Shown piece after piece: positions 9,032-18,888 of a DNA stretch of 32,000 nucleotides. Every line of letters starts with the position of its first letter. Position 1 is the first letter of the stretch. The translations under genes were made by a program, and so were the position numbers. The notes under the pieces are model-generated. The model ran no database searches and was not told the origin of the DNA. It saw only the letters and a program-made list of their open reading frames with translations. The DNA is from Candidatus Saccharimonadota bacterium (lineage in GTDB: Bacteria; Patescibacteriota; Gracilibacteria; Absconditabacterales; Absconditicoccaceae): contig JAUIDC010000001.1 in NCBI GenBank assembly GCA_030429145.1, positions 690,001-722,000 on the forward strand, given 5' to 3'.

Positions 9032-12000
9032 ATGAAAAATGCTATAAAAGCACCAGAGTTTGAAAAAAGGCCATATCAGTCAAAAGGGCGTGAAAGAATG
9101 AGGCGTTTCTTTTCCAAATGGATTAGACAAGAGTTAGAGGAAAAGCCAAATAAAGAATTGACTACAGCAATGCTGATTAATATGGCGACTTGATCGTGAA
9201 AGACTTTTACAGTTGGTAGTTTTTTGAATGATTTATATGAACTTAGAGAAAGATTCTATAAATTATATCCAAGTAAAGAATGGCTTACTATCAATGCATT
9301 AGTCTTTAATGATCGTATTAATCTTGTAAATCAATTGAGACAAGACTTTATTGAAGGTCGCAAAGCGAATAATAAGCCTCCTATTTTTAAACCAGAATTT
9401 ATCAAAAATATCGAAACTAAGACATATCACTCTAAGGCAGATGAACTTTTTGAGATCATGGATATGGATGAAGATCAGATTGAAGAGTACATGGAACAAG
9501 AACATGATGTTGGTAAAGTGACAGTTAAGACTTCCAATAAGAAGAGAAGAAATCAATATAAAGATTCTTTTAGTTTTGCTACTTTTCAAACTGCTCTAGA
9601 GTGACTCGACAATGTTGATCCATTTAATATTATCATTGTTGATGAGTGACATGTTTTGACGGGTTCAAAATATTTTGAGTCCTTTTTAAAGTACTATCAA
9701 CCTTTGCCGTCTGGTCACTATCCTTTAGTGATTGTGATGACAGCAACACCTACAAATAAGCTAAGGATCCTTACAGGTAAGGAAATCTTCAAGTATGGAC
9801 TTGCGGAATATATTATGAGTCCTAAATGTCCAAAGGTAAATTACAATATTGTAGGTATGAGTAAGCTCACTACTCAAGAGAAAATCGAAATATATAAGAC
9901 ACTTGATAGGATTAAGAACATAAGAGATGCAAGAGAGAAGAAAAGACAATTAAATGAGTTTGAAAAGTACCTACAGGAGGCACTGAGTAAGCATATTACT
10001 GTGAAGCAATTATGCTATGACTTTATGAATAGAGTAAAAAATAAAGATCATACGATTATATTTACTGCTTCTATTGATGAAGCAAATGAGGTTGTGAAAG
10101 AACTTAATAAGCAAGCTTGAGATGAAGAATTTGCGGTGGCATTACACTCGAAAGCTAAGAGGAAATGACAAGACATTATAGATGATTATAACAATGGGAA
10201 ACATAAGGTAATAGTAGCAGTAGATATGCTAAATCAGGGTATAGATATGCCTAAGACTAATAACATTGTATTCTGGCGTCATACTGATAGTGCGCTTATT
10301 TTCTTCCAGCAGCTTGGTAGAGGACTGAGAGGAGATGAAGTCAATATTTATGACTACATAGGTGGTATCAAAAACCTTGTATGGATTAATCAGGTTAATG
10401 ATGAAATAGACGACTTTGTAGAGATGAGACGTCAGAAATGAGAAGACATGGAAAAGAAAAAAATGGACATTTCAGTAAGTCATCTTACAACGAAACCAAT
10501 AGATAATACAAATGAGGAAGGTGGTTTTGATGCAGTTAAAATTGAGTATGTTGATGATGATGCTAAAGATGATGAAGAGCCCTATGAGATAAATCCCATG
10601 TTAAGTCTGCCGCCGATTGTAGATGAGGAGCTGGATCTTGATGATGAAGATCTATCTGAAGAAGATATGAATGAGGAGTCTGATGATGCGGACGACGATG
10701 TTGGTGTGTCCACACTTCCTGATTTTTCTAATGTCCCTGAAGAAAAAATGCCTGAACTGATTGAAAACTGGTTTAGTCTACAGGCAATTGTAGGTAATAT
10801 GAAGGAAATAGGTGAAGAAATTAAATTAACTAAAGAAGAAATAAAGACGGAATTTGATAAATTGGGAGGTTATAAAAAACTCATGCAGTACAGTCAAGAA
10901 CAAATTGCAAACATTGACATTAAGTGATACAAGATTCTTGCAATTTCAACCGCTTACTGATTTAGAAGTAAATATAATTCTTATAGACAAAGTCAAAGTT
11001 TCTTTCAGGAATTTATATCAAAAGTATATGAGAAAAAATTTCTCGGTACAAAAAAAAGTATCAAAGAAGAATTTGATAGATTATGAGGATATGATGCTTT
11101 AATGCAATATAGCTCAAGCCAAGTAAAACACTTAGAAATATCATGAAAGAAAATGAACGCTATTGCGGTTATATGTGGGTTTAGAAGTGAGTATGACCTT
11201 GATCCAAAAAACCTTGCAGGATTTCAAGAATTTCTTAGTTATATGTATTCAAAAGAATTTAATCCAGGTATAACAAAAGAACAAATCAAAGAGTATTTTG
11301 ATTTGCTAGGAGGTTATGAGTCGTTAAGTCAATATGCACAAACTGACATACCTTCAATAAAATTTGAATGAAAGATGCTTTGATGACTGGCTACCATATA
11401 TGGTTTTGTTTCAAGATATAATCTCAAAATTCATACTACTACAGGTCTTCTAGAGTTTCTATCCTTTATGTATGAGAAGGACTTTGAATATAAACCACTT
11501 GACCAGAAGATGATAAAAGAGGAATTAGATAGCCTATGAGGCTATAATGTTTTAATGAAATGGAAAACCCGTCAAATTAAGAAGTGGGAAATGTTTACAC
11601 ATAAAGTTAAATCTATATCTTTATCATATTGATTCGAAAGTAAATATTCGCTTAATATTGTTACTCCCATTGGGTTTCAAGAGTTCCTTAGTCATGTTTA
11701 TAATAAACCATTCATCATCAATGAGATAAAAGAAGATATTACAAAATCTCATATTAAGAAGCACTTTGATGACTTAGGCTGATATGAAGCACTTATTAGA
11801 TATACTCAGCCACAGATAACAGCACTTAGAATTGGCTGACATTGAGTGATACAGATAGCTAAAGTATATGGCTTTAAATCGAAATACTGAGCAAGCACTA
11901 AACTTACAAGATGATTTCAAGAATTTATATCAGCAATGTATTGACATGAGTTCCTCGGAACTAAAGAGGCTATTAGAAAGCAACTAGATGCATTATGATG

Positions 12001-13348
12001 ATATGATATTTTAATGAAATTTGGTACTCCTCAAATTAAGTGATTGGAAATTGGAGGAAATAAATTAGTCGCATTAGCCGGTATTTACTGATTTAAGTCC
12101 AAGCATAGTTTATCATTAAAGTCTGTAGATTGATTTCAAGAATTCATCTCTTTTATTTATCAAAAACCATTTTCGTATGAAATAATTACACCAGAAGGTA
12201 TCAAGAAAAGGTTTGATAATATGTGAGGATATGATCAATTGATGACATTTGATACTAATCAAATAAAAGATGTTGAAATTCAGAGGAATAAAATCATAGC
12301 TCTTGCTAATGTCTATGGATTTATTTCGAGCTATCAACTTGATATCACAACGATAAAAGGCTTTCAAGAATTCATTGCATTTGTCTACTGAAAAGAATTT
12401 ACTTATGAAGAAAAAACTAGTCTTACCAAGACAATAATTAAGCAAGAATTAGACAAATTAGGTGGCTATGATACGTTGATGAAATATAATCAAGTTGAGG
12501 TAACATCATTAAAGATCAATGGACATGCAATCACCTCTGTTGCTTCACAATATTGATTTAAAAGCGGGAGAGGTCTATTGTTGACTATAGTGAAGGGCTT
12601 TCAAGAATTTATCTCACATGTTTATTGAAAAGAGTTTAAATATGACTATCAAAAAAGACAGAAGCTGGATAAGATAATAATTAAAAAAGAATTAGACAAA
12701 TTGGGTGGTTATGAAAAACTAATAAAATACAATTCTTCCAATATTCGTAAAATAACCCTTAAAGGAAATAAAATACTATCAATTGCTAAATATTATAATT
12801 TCCAAAGTAATTACTCATTAGATGTATCCCTTCCCGCTGGCTTTCAAGAATTTATCTCACATGTTTATTGAAAAGAGTTTGCTTATGAGGAGAAATCCTC
12901 TCTTACCAAGACAATAATTAAGCAAGAATTAGATAAATTAGGCGGTTATGATGTTTTGATGAAATATACTTGATCTCAATTAAAAAAATTAGCCATTTAT
13001 AATAATAAAATTACTGCAATTGCAACTGCATTTGGTTTTAATAGTCAAAATAATTTGAACGTAGAGAGCATGAACTGATTTCAAGAATTTATCTCACATG
13101 TCTATTGAAAAGAATTCAGTAATTGAATTACAAAAGAGGAGATTAAGGCTTATCTAGATTCTCTTGGTTGATATGATACATTGCTGACATATACCTTAGA
13201 TCAAATTAAGTGAATTGAAGTTTCTGGGAAATGAGTTGTCGCACTTTCAAGTATATATGGGTTTAAGAGTGCTAGTAATACTCGTACAAGCAATGTAAGA
13301 GGTTTTCAAGAATTCATCTCATTTGTTTATGAAAAGCCTTATAAGTAA
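9032..13348 (+). CDS. SF2 (ResIII/DExH-type) helicase fused to an acidic linker and ~11.5 tandem 73-81-aa repeat modules; 1438 aa
   Basis: Hand-translated codon by codon in frame 2, with no TAA or TAG until 13346-13348. Helicase motifs are RPYQ (N-terminus), motif I MAT-G-S-G-KT (both Gly are TGA, 9191 and 9197), motif II IIIVDE-G-H (TGA 9647), motif III MTATP and motif VI QQLGRGLRG. An acidic segment follows (DDDAKDDEEP...DLDDEDLSEEDMNEESDDADDD), then the repeats. About 39 in-frame TGA codons. Confidence 0.85.
10751..13345 (+). repeat. In-frame tandem coding repeat, unit period 219-243 bp, ~11.5 units
   Basis: Unit consensus is (N/H)K(I/V)xx(I/L)AxxYGFxSxYxL-x5-6-GFQEF(I/L)SxVYxKEF-x6-14-IKxE(L/F)DxLGGY(D/E)xLMxYxxxQIxxLxIxG. 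Unit starts are at 10928, 11147, 11372, 11600, 11840, 12059, 12287, 12524, 12767, 13004 and 13229, and the last unit is truncated after GFQEFISFVYEKPYK. A partial unit precedes at 10751-10927. Confidence 0.85.
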
Positions 13349-13396
13349 GTTAGCTAATCTCCTTGTTTCTCCTGCCTAAATCCCTATACCTAACCC

Positions 13397-15412
13397 ATGA
13401 TACAAAACATACGTAATTTCTGCATTATTGCACATATTGATCATGGGAAATCGACGCTGGCTGATAGGATGCTAGAGATTACTGCTACAGTAAAAAAATT
13501 GAAGAACAGCCAGATGCTCGATCGTTTGGATATCGAGCAAGAGCGTGGTATTACTATCAAGCTGACACCTGCACGCATGCTTTGGAAAGACTATGAGTTC
13601 AATCTGATAGATACGCCGGGTCACGTCGACTTTGCTTATGAGGTTTCTCGTTCGCTTGCCGCGGTAGAGGGAGCTATTTTGCTTGTCGACGCGAGTCAGG
13701 GCGTGCAGGCACAAACATTGTCTGTGCTCTACCAGGCCATGGAACACGGGCTAGAAATTATTCCTGTACTCAACAAGATCGACCTGCCTGCAGCAAATCC
13801 TGAGAGGGTAGCTCAAGAGCTGGAGCATCTAATTGGTATTGATAAGGATGACATAATTAAGGTTTCTGGAAAAACAGGAGAAAATGTTGATCAAGTACTC
13901 GATGCTATCATTGAGCGTATTCCTAATCCTAAAACATTTCGCGAAGCTCATGTAGAGAAGTTCTTCACCGATAAGTCTATCACTGAGATAAATGGGAGCA
14001 GAGCGTTGATTTTTGATAGTGTCTACGATAAGTACCGTGGAGTAGTATGTTATGTGAAGGTTGTTGATGGTGAGATCTCTGTTGATGATACGCTACATCT
14101 TATCCACTCGGAAAAGAAGATAGAGCCACCAGAGATAGGTTACTTTGTGCCAAATTATGTCAAAGATAAAAAGCTCTCTGAGTGACAGATCGGGTATATT
14201 GTGACTGGTGGAAAATCGGTGAGAGATGCAAAGATTGGTGATACGATGATTGGCTGAGCTGATTTTCAAACAGTAAAAGACTACACGAAGCTACAGCCCT
14301 ATGCGATGCCAGGTTTTAGAAAGGTAAAACCGTATGTTTACGCAGGAGTTTATCCGGTAGATAGTAATGAGTTTGAGAAGATGCGTGATGGTTTTGAGCG
14401 CTTGTCGTTGAATGATAGTGCCATCGAGTTTGAGTATGAAAATAGTAAGGCGCTCGGATATGGTATGAGAGCAGGTTTCCTAGGGATGTTACATATGGAT
14501 ATTATCAGAGAGAGATTAGCACGTGAGCATGATATTGAAACTATTTTCACTATACCTAATGTGGTCTATCTGATGAAGATGAAGACTTTCAGTCATGAGA
14601 AGATTAAGACGGGGGCAAATGTGTTGGAGCTCGTCACTTCAGGATACTTCACTCATATCCTTTCTGATTTTACCGGGAAGTTGACAGAAGTAGACAAAGA
14701 AAATATAACCTATAAGACTGATCATGAGTTGGCAGAAATCTATGAAGATAAACTTCATGGGTGGCTACTTGTAAGGTCTGGTGCAGATATGCCAGAGCAG
14801 GGACAGATAGAAACTATCTATGAGCCGTATGCGGAAGTGGAGGTTGTAGGACCAAAAGACTATTCGGGAAACATTATGGAGCTCTCGCAAGAGTATAGAG
14901 GAGAGATGAAAAATATGGAATATATCGATGAGACAAGAGTGCTGTGGAGATACCTCATGCCACTTGGTGAAATTATTATCGACTTCTATGATAGACTCAA
15001 ATCTGCGACGAAATGATATGCAACCATGAACTATGAGTTTGCACGTTATAGAGCTTCTGATCTCGTGAAGCTTGATATGTTTATTAACGGTGAACAGGTC
15101 GAGGCATTCAGTATGATTTGTCATAGGGAGAAGGCATACGGTATGGGGAGAGAGATTGTGGAGAAACTCAAAGATCTCATTCCAAAACACATGTTTCCGA
15201 TCCCTCTTCAAGCTGGTATTGGAAGTAAGATGATTGCTCGTGAAACCATCCCTGCGATGAGAAAAGATGTGCTGGCAAAGTGTTATGGGTGAGATGTCTC
15301 TCGTAAAAGAAAACTACTTGAGAAGCAAAAAGAAGGTAAGAAACGTATGAAAGCCATGGGTAATGTGAATGTGCCAAATGACATCTTCATCAATCTGATG
15401 TCTAATAGATAG
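13397..15412 (+). CDS. lepA: Translation elongation factor 4 (LepA), 671 aa
   Basis: G-domain motifs are [26 protein letters not shown] and NKIDL. Further matches are [24 protein letters not shown] and the LepA C-terminal region [10 protein letters not shown]...DLVKLD...NGE.V.A.S...H. Track fragments 13397-14185, 14306-15016 and 15026-15292 are co-framed through TGA at 14183, 14255, 15014 and 15290. Ends at TAG 15410-15412. Confidence 0.95.
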
Positions 15413-15436
15413 AGCTTGAAGATATAATAATAGTGA

Positions 15437-15462
15437 GATCGGAGAATATCCGGTCTTTTTTT
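15437..15462 (+). terminator. Intrinsic terminator after lepA
   Basis: Hairpin GATCGGA-gaata-TCCGGTC (one G-U pair) followed by T7. Confidence 0.6.
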
Positions 15463-15506
15463 GTAGATCAACTTGTACAGACGATATAACTATCTATATC
15501 TCACTC

Positions 15507-16523
15507 ATGCAGACAAAAATAACACTTTTCATCCTTGCGCTTATCACTGCGACCCTCTCGATTCTCTTTTCAACATGAGGAGTGACATTGCAGATAGGAA
15601 GTAGTGAATATCATGCTCAACAAGAGCAGGTGTTTTCGGTATGACAGCTCATCAATTTGACAGGTCAGCTTCTTATGACGCCTGATGATGATACTCTAGA
15701 AGGTCGGCAAAGCACGATAGAGCAGACGCGTAGTATAGATTTTTGGCTATATGGATTTTCGTATCAGCCTTTACAAAAGCTCTTCCAGAAACTAGTGAAG
15801 GTTGGGGTAGACATCCGTTGAATTATGGAAAATGAGCCTTATGGATGAACAACAAAGGAGTTTCTCAAACTACAAAAAATATTTACTGGGCGTTCACATA
15901 TAGACATCGCTTCCGATGAAAAGCTAGGAACTAACTTTCAACATGCAAAAACATTTCTTACAGATAACGCTTTTATTATACAAACCGCAAACCTGAGTTA
16001 CTCATCCTTCTTTACCAATAGAGAGTTCTTTTTGATTAGTCATAATTCTATATTGCTTGAAAATCTTCAGCATCTTTTTGAGAAAGATTGGCAATGAAAA
16101 AAGCTTTTGGCAGAGGAAATCCACCCTAACTTATTAATCTGTCCTATCGATTGTAGATACAAAATTGAGACGCTTCTGTCGTGAGCGAAGCAATCTATTT
16201 GGATGTACCAGCAGTATATACAGGACGAAAGCGTTATGCATATTCTCATGCAGAAGTCCTGACTGGATCTAAAGTTCATTGTCGCAGATAATGACAGTAA
16301 ACAAGAACTTGTCGCCAGTCCACTGAGTCAATTTACACGCTTTATAAAGAAGCCCTATATTCATGCGAAGATGATTCTAATAGATGGTGTGTATTTGATA
16401 GTGAGTAGCATTAATATGTCAGCTAATTCGATGGATATGAATAGGGAGATAGGTGTGATTATTATTGATTCTTTTCTCATAGAGGAGTTTGATAAACGGT
16501 TTGAAAAGGATCGACAACGTTAA
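15507..16523 (+). CDS. Phospholipase D superfamily protein with two HKD motifs and an N-terminal hydrophobic segment (338 aa)
   Basis: Hand-translated in frame 0 with 8 sense TGAs and no TAA or TAG until 16521-16523. HKD motif 1 is FQHAKTFLTDNAFIIQTANLS (CAT GCA AAA at 15942-15950). HKD motif 2 is YIHAKMILIDGVYLIVSSINMSANS (CAT GCG AAG at 16362-16370). The N-terminus MQTKITLFILALITATLSILFS is hydrophobic. The gene is absent from the standard-code ORF track. Confidence 0.8.
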
Positions 16524-16587
16524 CTGTGCTTGCAATTTTGCTCTAAATCAGCTATATAACTATGACTTTACCATGATAATCTGATCA

Positions 16588-18144
16588 ATGAGCAAGAAGT
16601 TTTTCATCACGACGCCGATTTACTATTCGAATGACATACCGCATGTAGGACACATGTATTCGTCACTTATTTGTGATATCTTTTCACGCTACAAGAGGTT
16701 GTTCGGATATGATGTGAAGTTTAGCACCGGTGTTGATGAAAATAGTCAGAAAGTGGTGCAGAAGGCGATAGAACATGAGATGGATATCATGGACTATCTT
16801 GATATGTATGCGCAGAAGCATAAAGAAACATGGGACAACTTGGATATGTCATATACAGATTTTATTAGAACAACGAGCGAAAAACACAAAGCATTTGTAC
16901 AGCAGGTGCTGCAGAAGACATATGACCGTGGTGATATCTATCAGGGAGAGTATGAAGGTCTATACTGTGTTGGTTGTGAAAGCTTTAAAAAAGAGACAGA
17001 TCTTATTGAAAAAGATGGGAAGCTCGTTTGTCCAGATCATCTCAAAGAACCGGAGAGAATTAAAGAAAAGAACTGGTTTTTTAAGCTGAGTAAATATCAG
17101 GACCAACTGGTAAAGTTTTATGAGAATAATCCAGGGTTTATCTCACCACACTTCAGGTTTAATGAGGTGATAGCTTTTGTGAAGTGAGGACTTGAAGATT
17201 TTTCTATCTCTCGCGAGACCAACAAGTTTGGCATACCTCTCCCATTCGATGAGTCGCAAGTGACGTATGTTCGGTATGATGCATTGCTCAATTATCTCAC
17301 AGTATGTCAGGGTGGTGATGAAGAGTTTTGGCCAGGTATCCATGTACTGGGAAAAGATATTGCTCGCTTCCACGCTATCTATTGGCCTGCAATGCTTTTG
17401 AGTGCTGGCTACCAGCTGCCACAGAAGGAGATTGTGACAGGTTTCTTTACCGTCGATGGACAGAAGATGTCTAAATCTCTTGGCAATACAGTGAAGCCAT
17501 TGGAACTTGTTGAAAAGTATGGACGTGACGCAGCTGTCTTTTATCTTTTCTACGATCTCGTTATTGGTTCTGATGGAGACTTTTCGTATGCACGTTTAGA
17601 AGCATCTCGTGAGAGTATGCTATCAGCAGGTTGGGGAAACCTTGTCTCTCGTGTGAGTAAGCTAGCTGATAAGAACGATATTTCTCTAGGGAAAAAACAT
17701 CTTGAGTGCTTTGACCTTTGCAAGGACGATGAGGAAGAGTGCTTGCAGGATATTCTTTCACTGACTCCTGTTATGATAGAAGAGCTACTAGAAACGAAAT
17801 GAATCAATTATGTGCTGCAGCTTTGGTATAGAGGAGTACAAGCAGCAAATACCTACATGCAAAATCAAGAGCCATGGGTAAAGTTGAAGAGCCCTGAGAG
17901 TGCCCAGGAAGGCAGACAACATCTAGAATTTCTGCTATATGTTGTAAAGCAACTTGCACTTATATCGGCTCCATTCCTGACAGAGTGATTCGCTAAAATA
18001 CAAACTATTCTTGGTAATGACTTGATCGCTAAAGTCTCTACGAGAGAGACAAATGAACACTGGCGCCAAGCTTGGGATCTAGAAGAGTTCGATGTGACGC
18101 TTGCTCCAGATATTCTTTATCAGAAATTAGAACCGTCAGTATAA
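16588..18144 (+). CDS. metG: Methionine--tRNA ligase (518 aa)
   Basis: Contains TTPIYYSNDIPHVGH (HIGH region), a CVGCESF...CPDH knuckle, GQKMSKSLGN (KMSKS) and VK-G-GLEDFSISRE. Sense TGAs at 17185, 17800 and 17986. Ends at TAA 18142-18144. Confidence 0.95.
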
Positions 18145-18587
18145 TGCGTTTCGTAGTATCGGTAGTTGATAATGCATCGGTGAAAGTTGCAGAAAAAAAC
18201 TATGAGGCTTCTATCGGGAAGTGACTTTTGGTGTATGTCGGAATATCTCGTGATGATCTAGAAGATTATGAGAGTAAGATAGCAAAATTTGTCGATAAAA
18301 TATCGGTGTTAAAGTGTTTTCATGCTGACGGAAAGATACATGCTTCTCTTCAAGATGTTGATGGTGAGGTGTTGCTGATTAGCAATTTTACGCTCTATGG
18401 TAGAGCAGATAAGTGACAGAAGCTCGACTTTTCACAAAGTGCTGATTTTGAAAATGCAGAAAAGATTTACAATCTACTCATACAGAAGATGTCAGCATCT
18501 ATGCCCGTCAAAACAGGTGTTTTTGGTGCCTATATGGAGGTCTCTTCGGTCAATGGAGGACCGATTAATCTCGTGTTGGATTATTAG
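18144..18587 (+). CDS. dtd: D-aminoacyl-tRNA deacylase
   Basis: MRFVVSVVDNASVKV...IGK-G-LLVYVGI (TGA 18222), LLISNFTLYG...DK-G-QKLDFS (TGA 18414) and a C-terminal NGGPINLVLDY. The ATG overlaps the metG stop (TAATG at 18142-18146). Confidence 0.9.
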
Positions 18588-18647
18588 GTTATTAGGTGTT
18601 GATTTCTTTGATTGACGGATTATCATAGGAGTCCAATGTAAACAGAA

Positions 18648-18842
18648 TTGCTTATGACTCAAAAAGGTACAAAGGAGGTAGATGTGTCGACTGAATCTAC
18701 CTTGCAAATGAAAAAAAAACTGGAAAAGCGCAATCTTATATTGCAAAGTGCTTCTTCCAGTAATCCACCTGGTATAGGAGGTGGTTTCCACCCTAGTCAT
18801 CCAGGTTTCCCGAAAACTTTTGGGACAAGGATGATAAGATAG
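18648..18842 (+). other. Unassigned expressed-looking interval: candidate small ORF (44-64 aa depending on start) or ncRNA
   Basis: This is the only ~300-nt gap in the gene-dense part of the window, and it ends in a strong + strand terminator. The open frame has possible starts at TTG 18648, ATG 18654, GTG 18684 (preceded by AAAGGAGG) and ATG 18708. The product would be ...MKKKLEKRNLILQSASSSNPPGIGGGFHPSHPGFPKTFGTRMIR. No homology recognised. Confidence 0.25.
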
Positions 18843-18862
18843 TAATTTATTATTCACAAACC

Positions 18863-18885
18863 ACGGGCGCATCGCCCGTTTTTTC
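18863..18885 (+). terminator. Intrinsic terminator
   Basis: Hairpin ACGGGCG-cat-CGCCCGT followed by T6. It sits 3 nt from the stop of the convergent exonuclease gene. Confidence 0.7.
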
Positions 18886-18888
18886 TTA

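Noticed and set aside
12116-12445. 109-aa minus-strand ORF, the only track ORF in the 11.4-13.4 kb 'desert'.
   Set aside because: It is antisense to the repeat region of the helicase ORF, with a low-complexity Phe/Ile/Lys-rich product. The + strand frame is strongly supported.
10900-13350. Regular ~220-240-bp periodicity might suggest a CRISPR array or a non-coding satellite.
   Set aside because: The period is far longer than CRISPR repeat-plus-spacer units and there is no short exact direct repeat separated by unique spacers. The whole region is one continuous code-25 reading frame with protein-level conservation.
9032-16523. Helicase plus PLD-family protein as a Mokosh-like defence pair.
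   Set aside because: The two genes are separated by lepA and an intrinsic terminator (15437-15462). The PLD protein has a hydrophobic membrane or secretion N-terminus, and nothing links them beyond loose proximity.
18620-18660. GGAGTCC and ACAGAATTGCTTAT resemble RNase P RNA conserved regions (GAGGAAAGUCC and ACAGAAnnnGGCUUA).
   Set aside because: The two motifs are only about 10 nt apart instead of about 250-300 nt. They are imperfect, and the interval is too short and lacks the other conserved regions.
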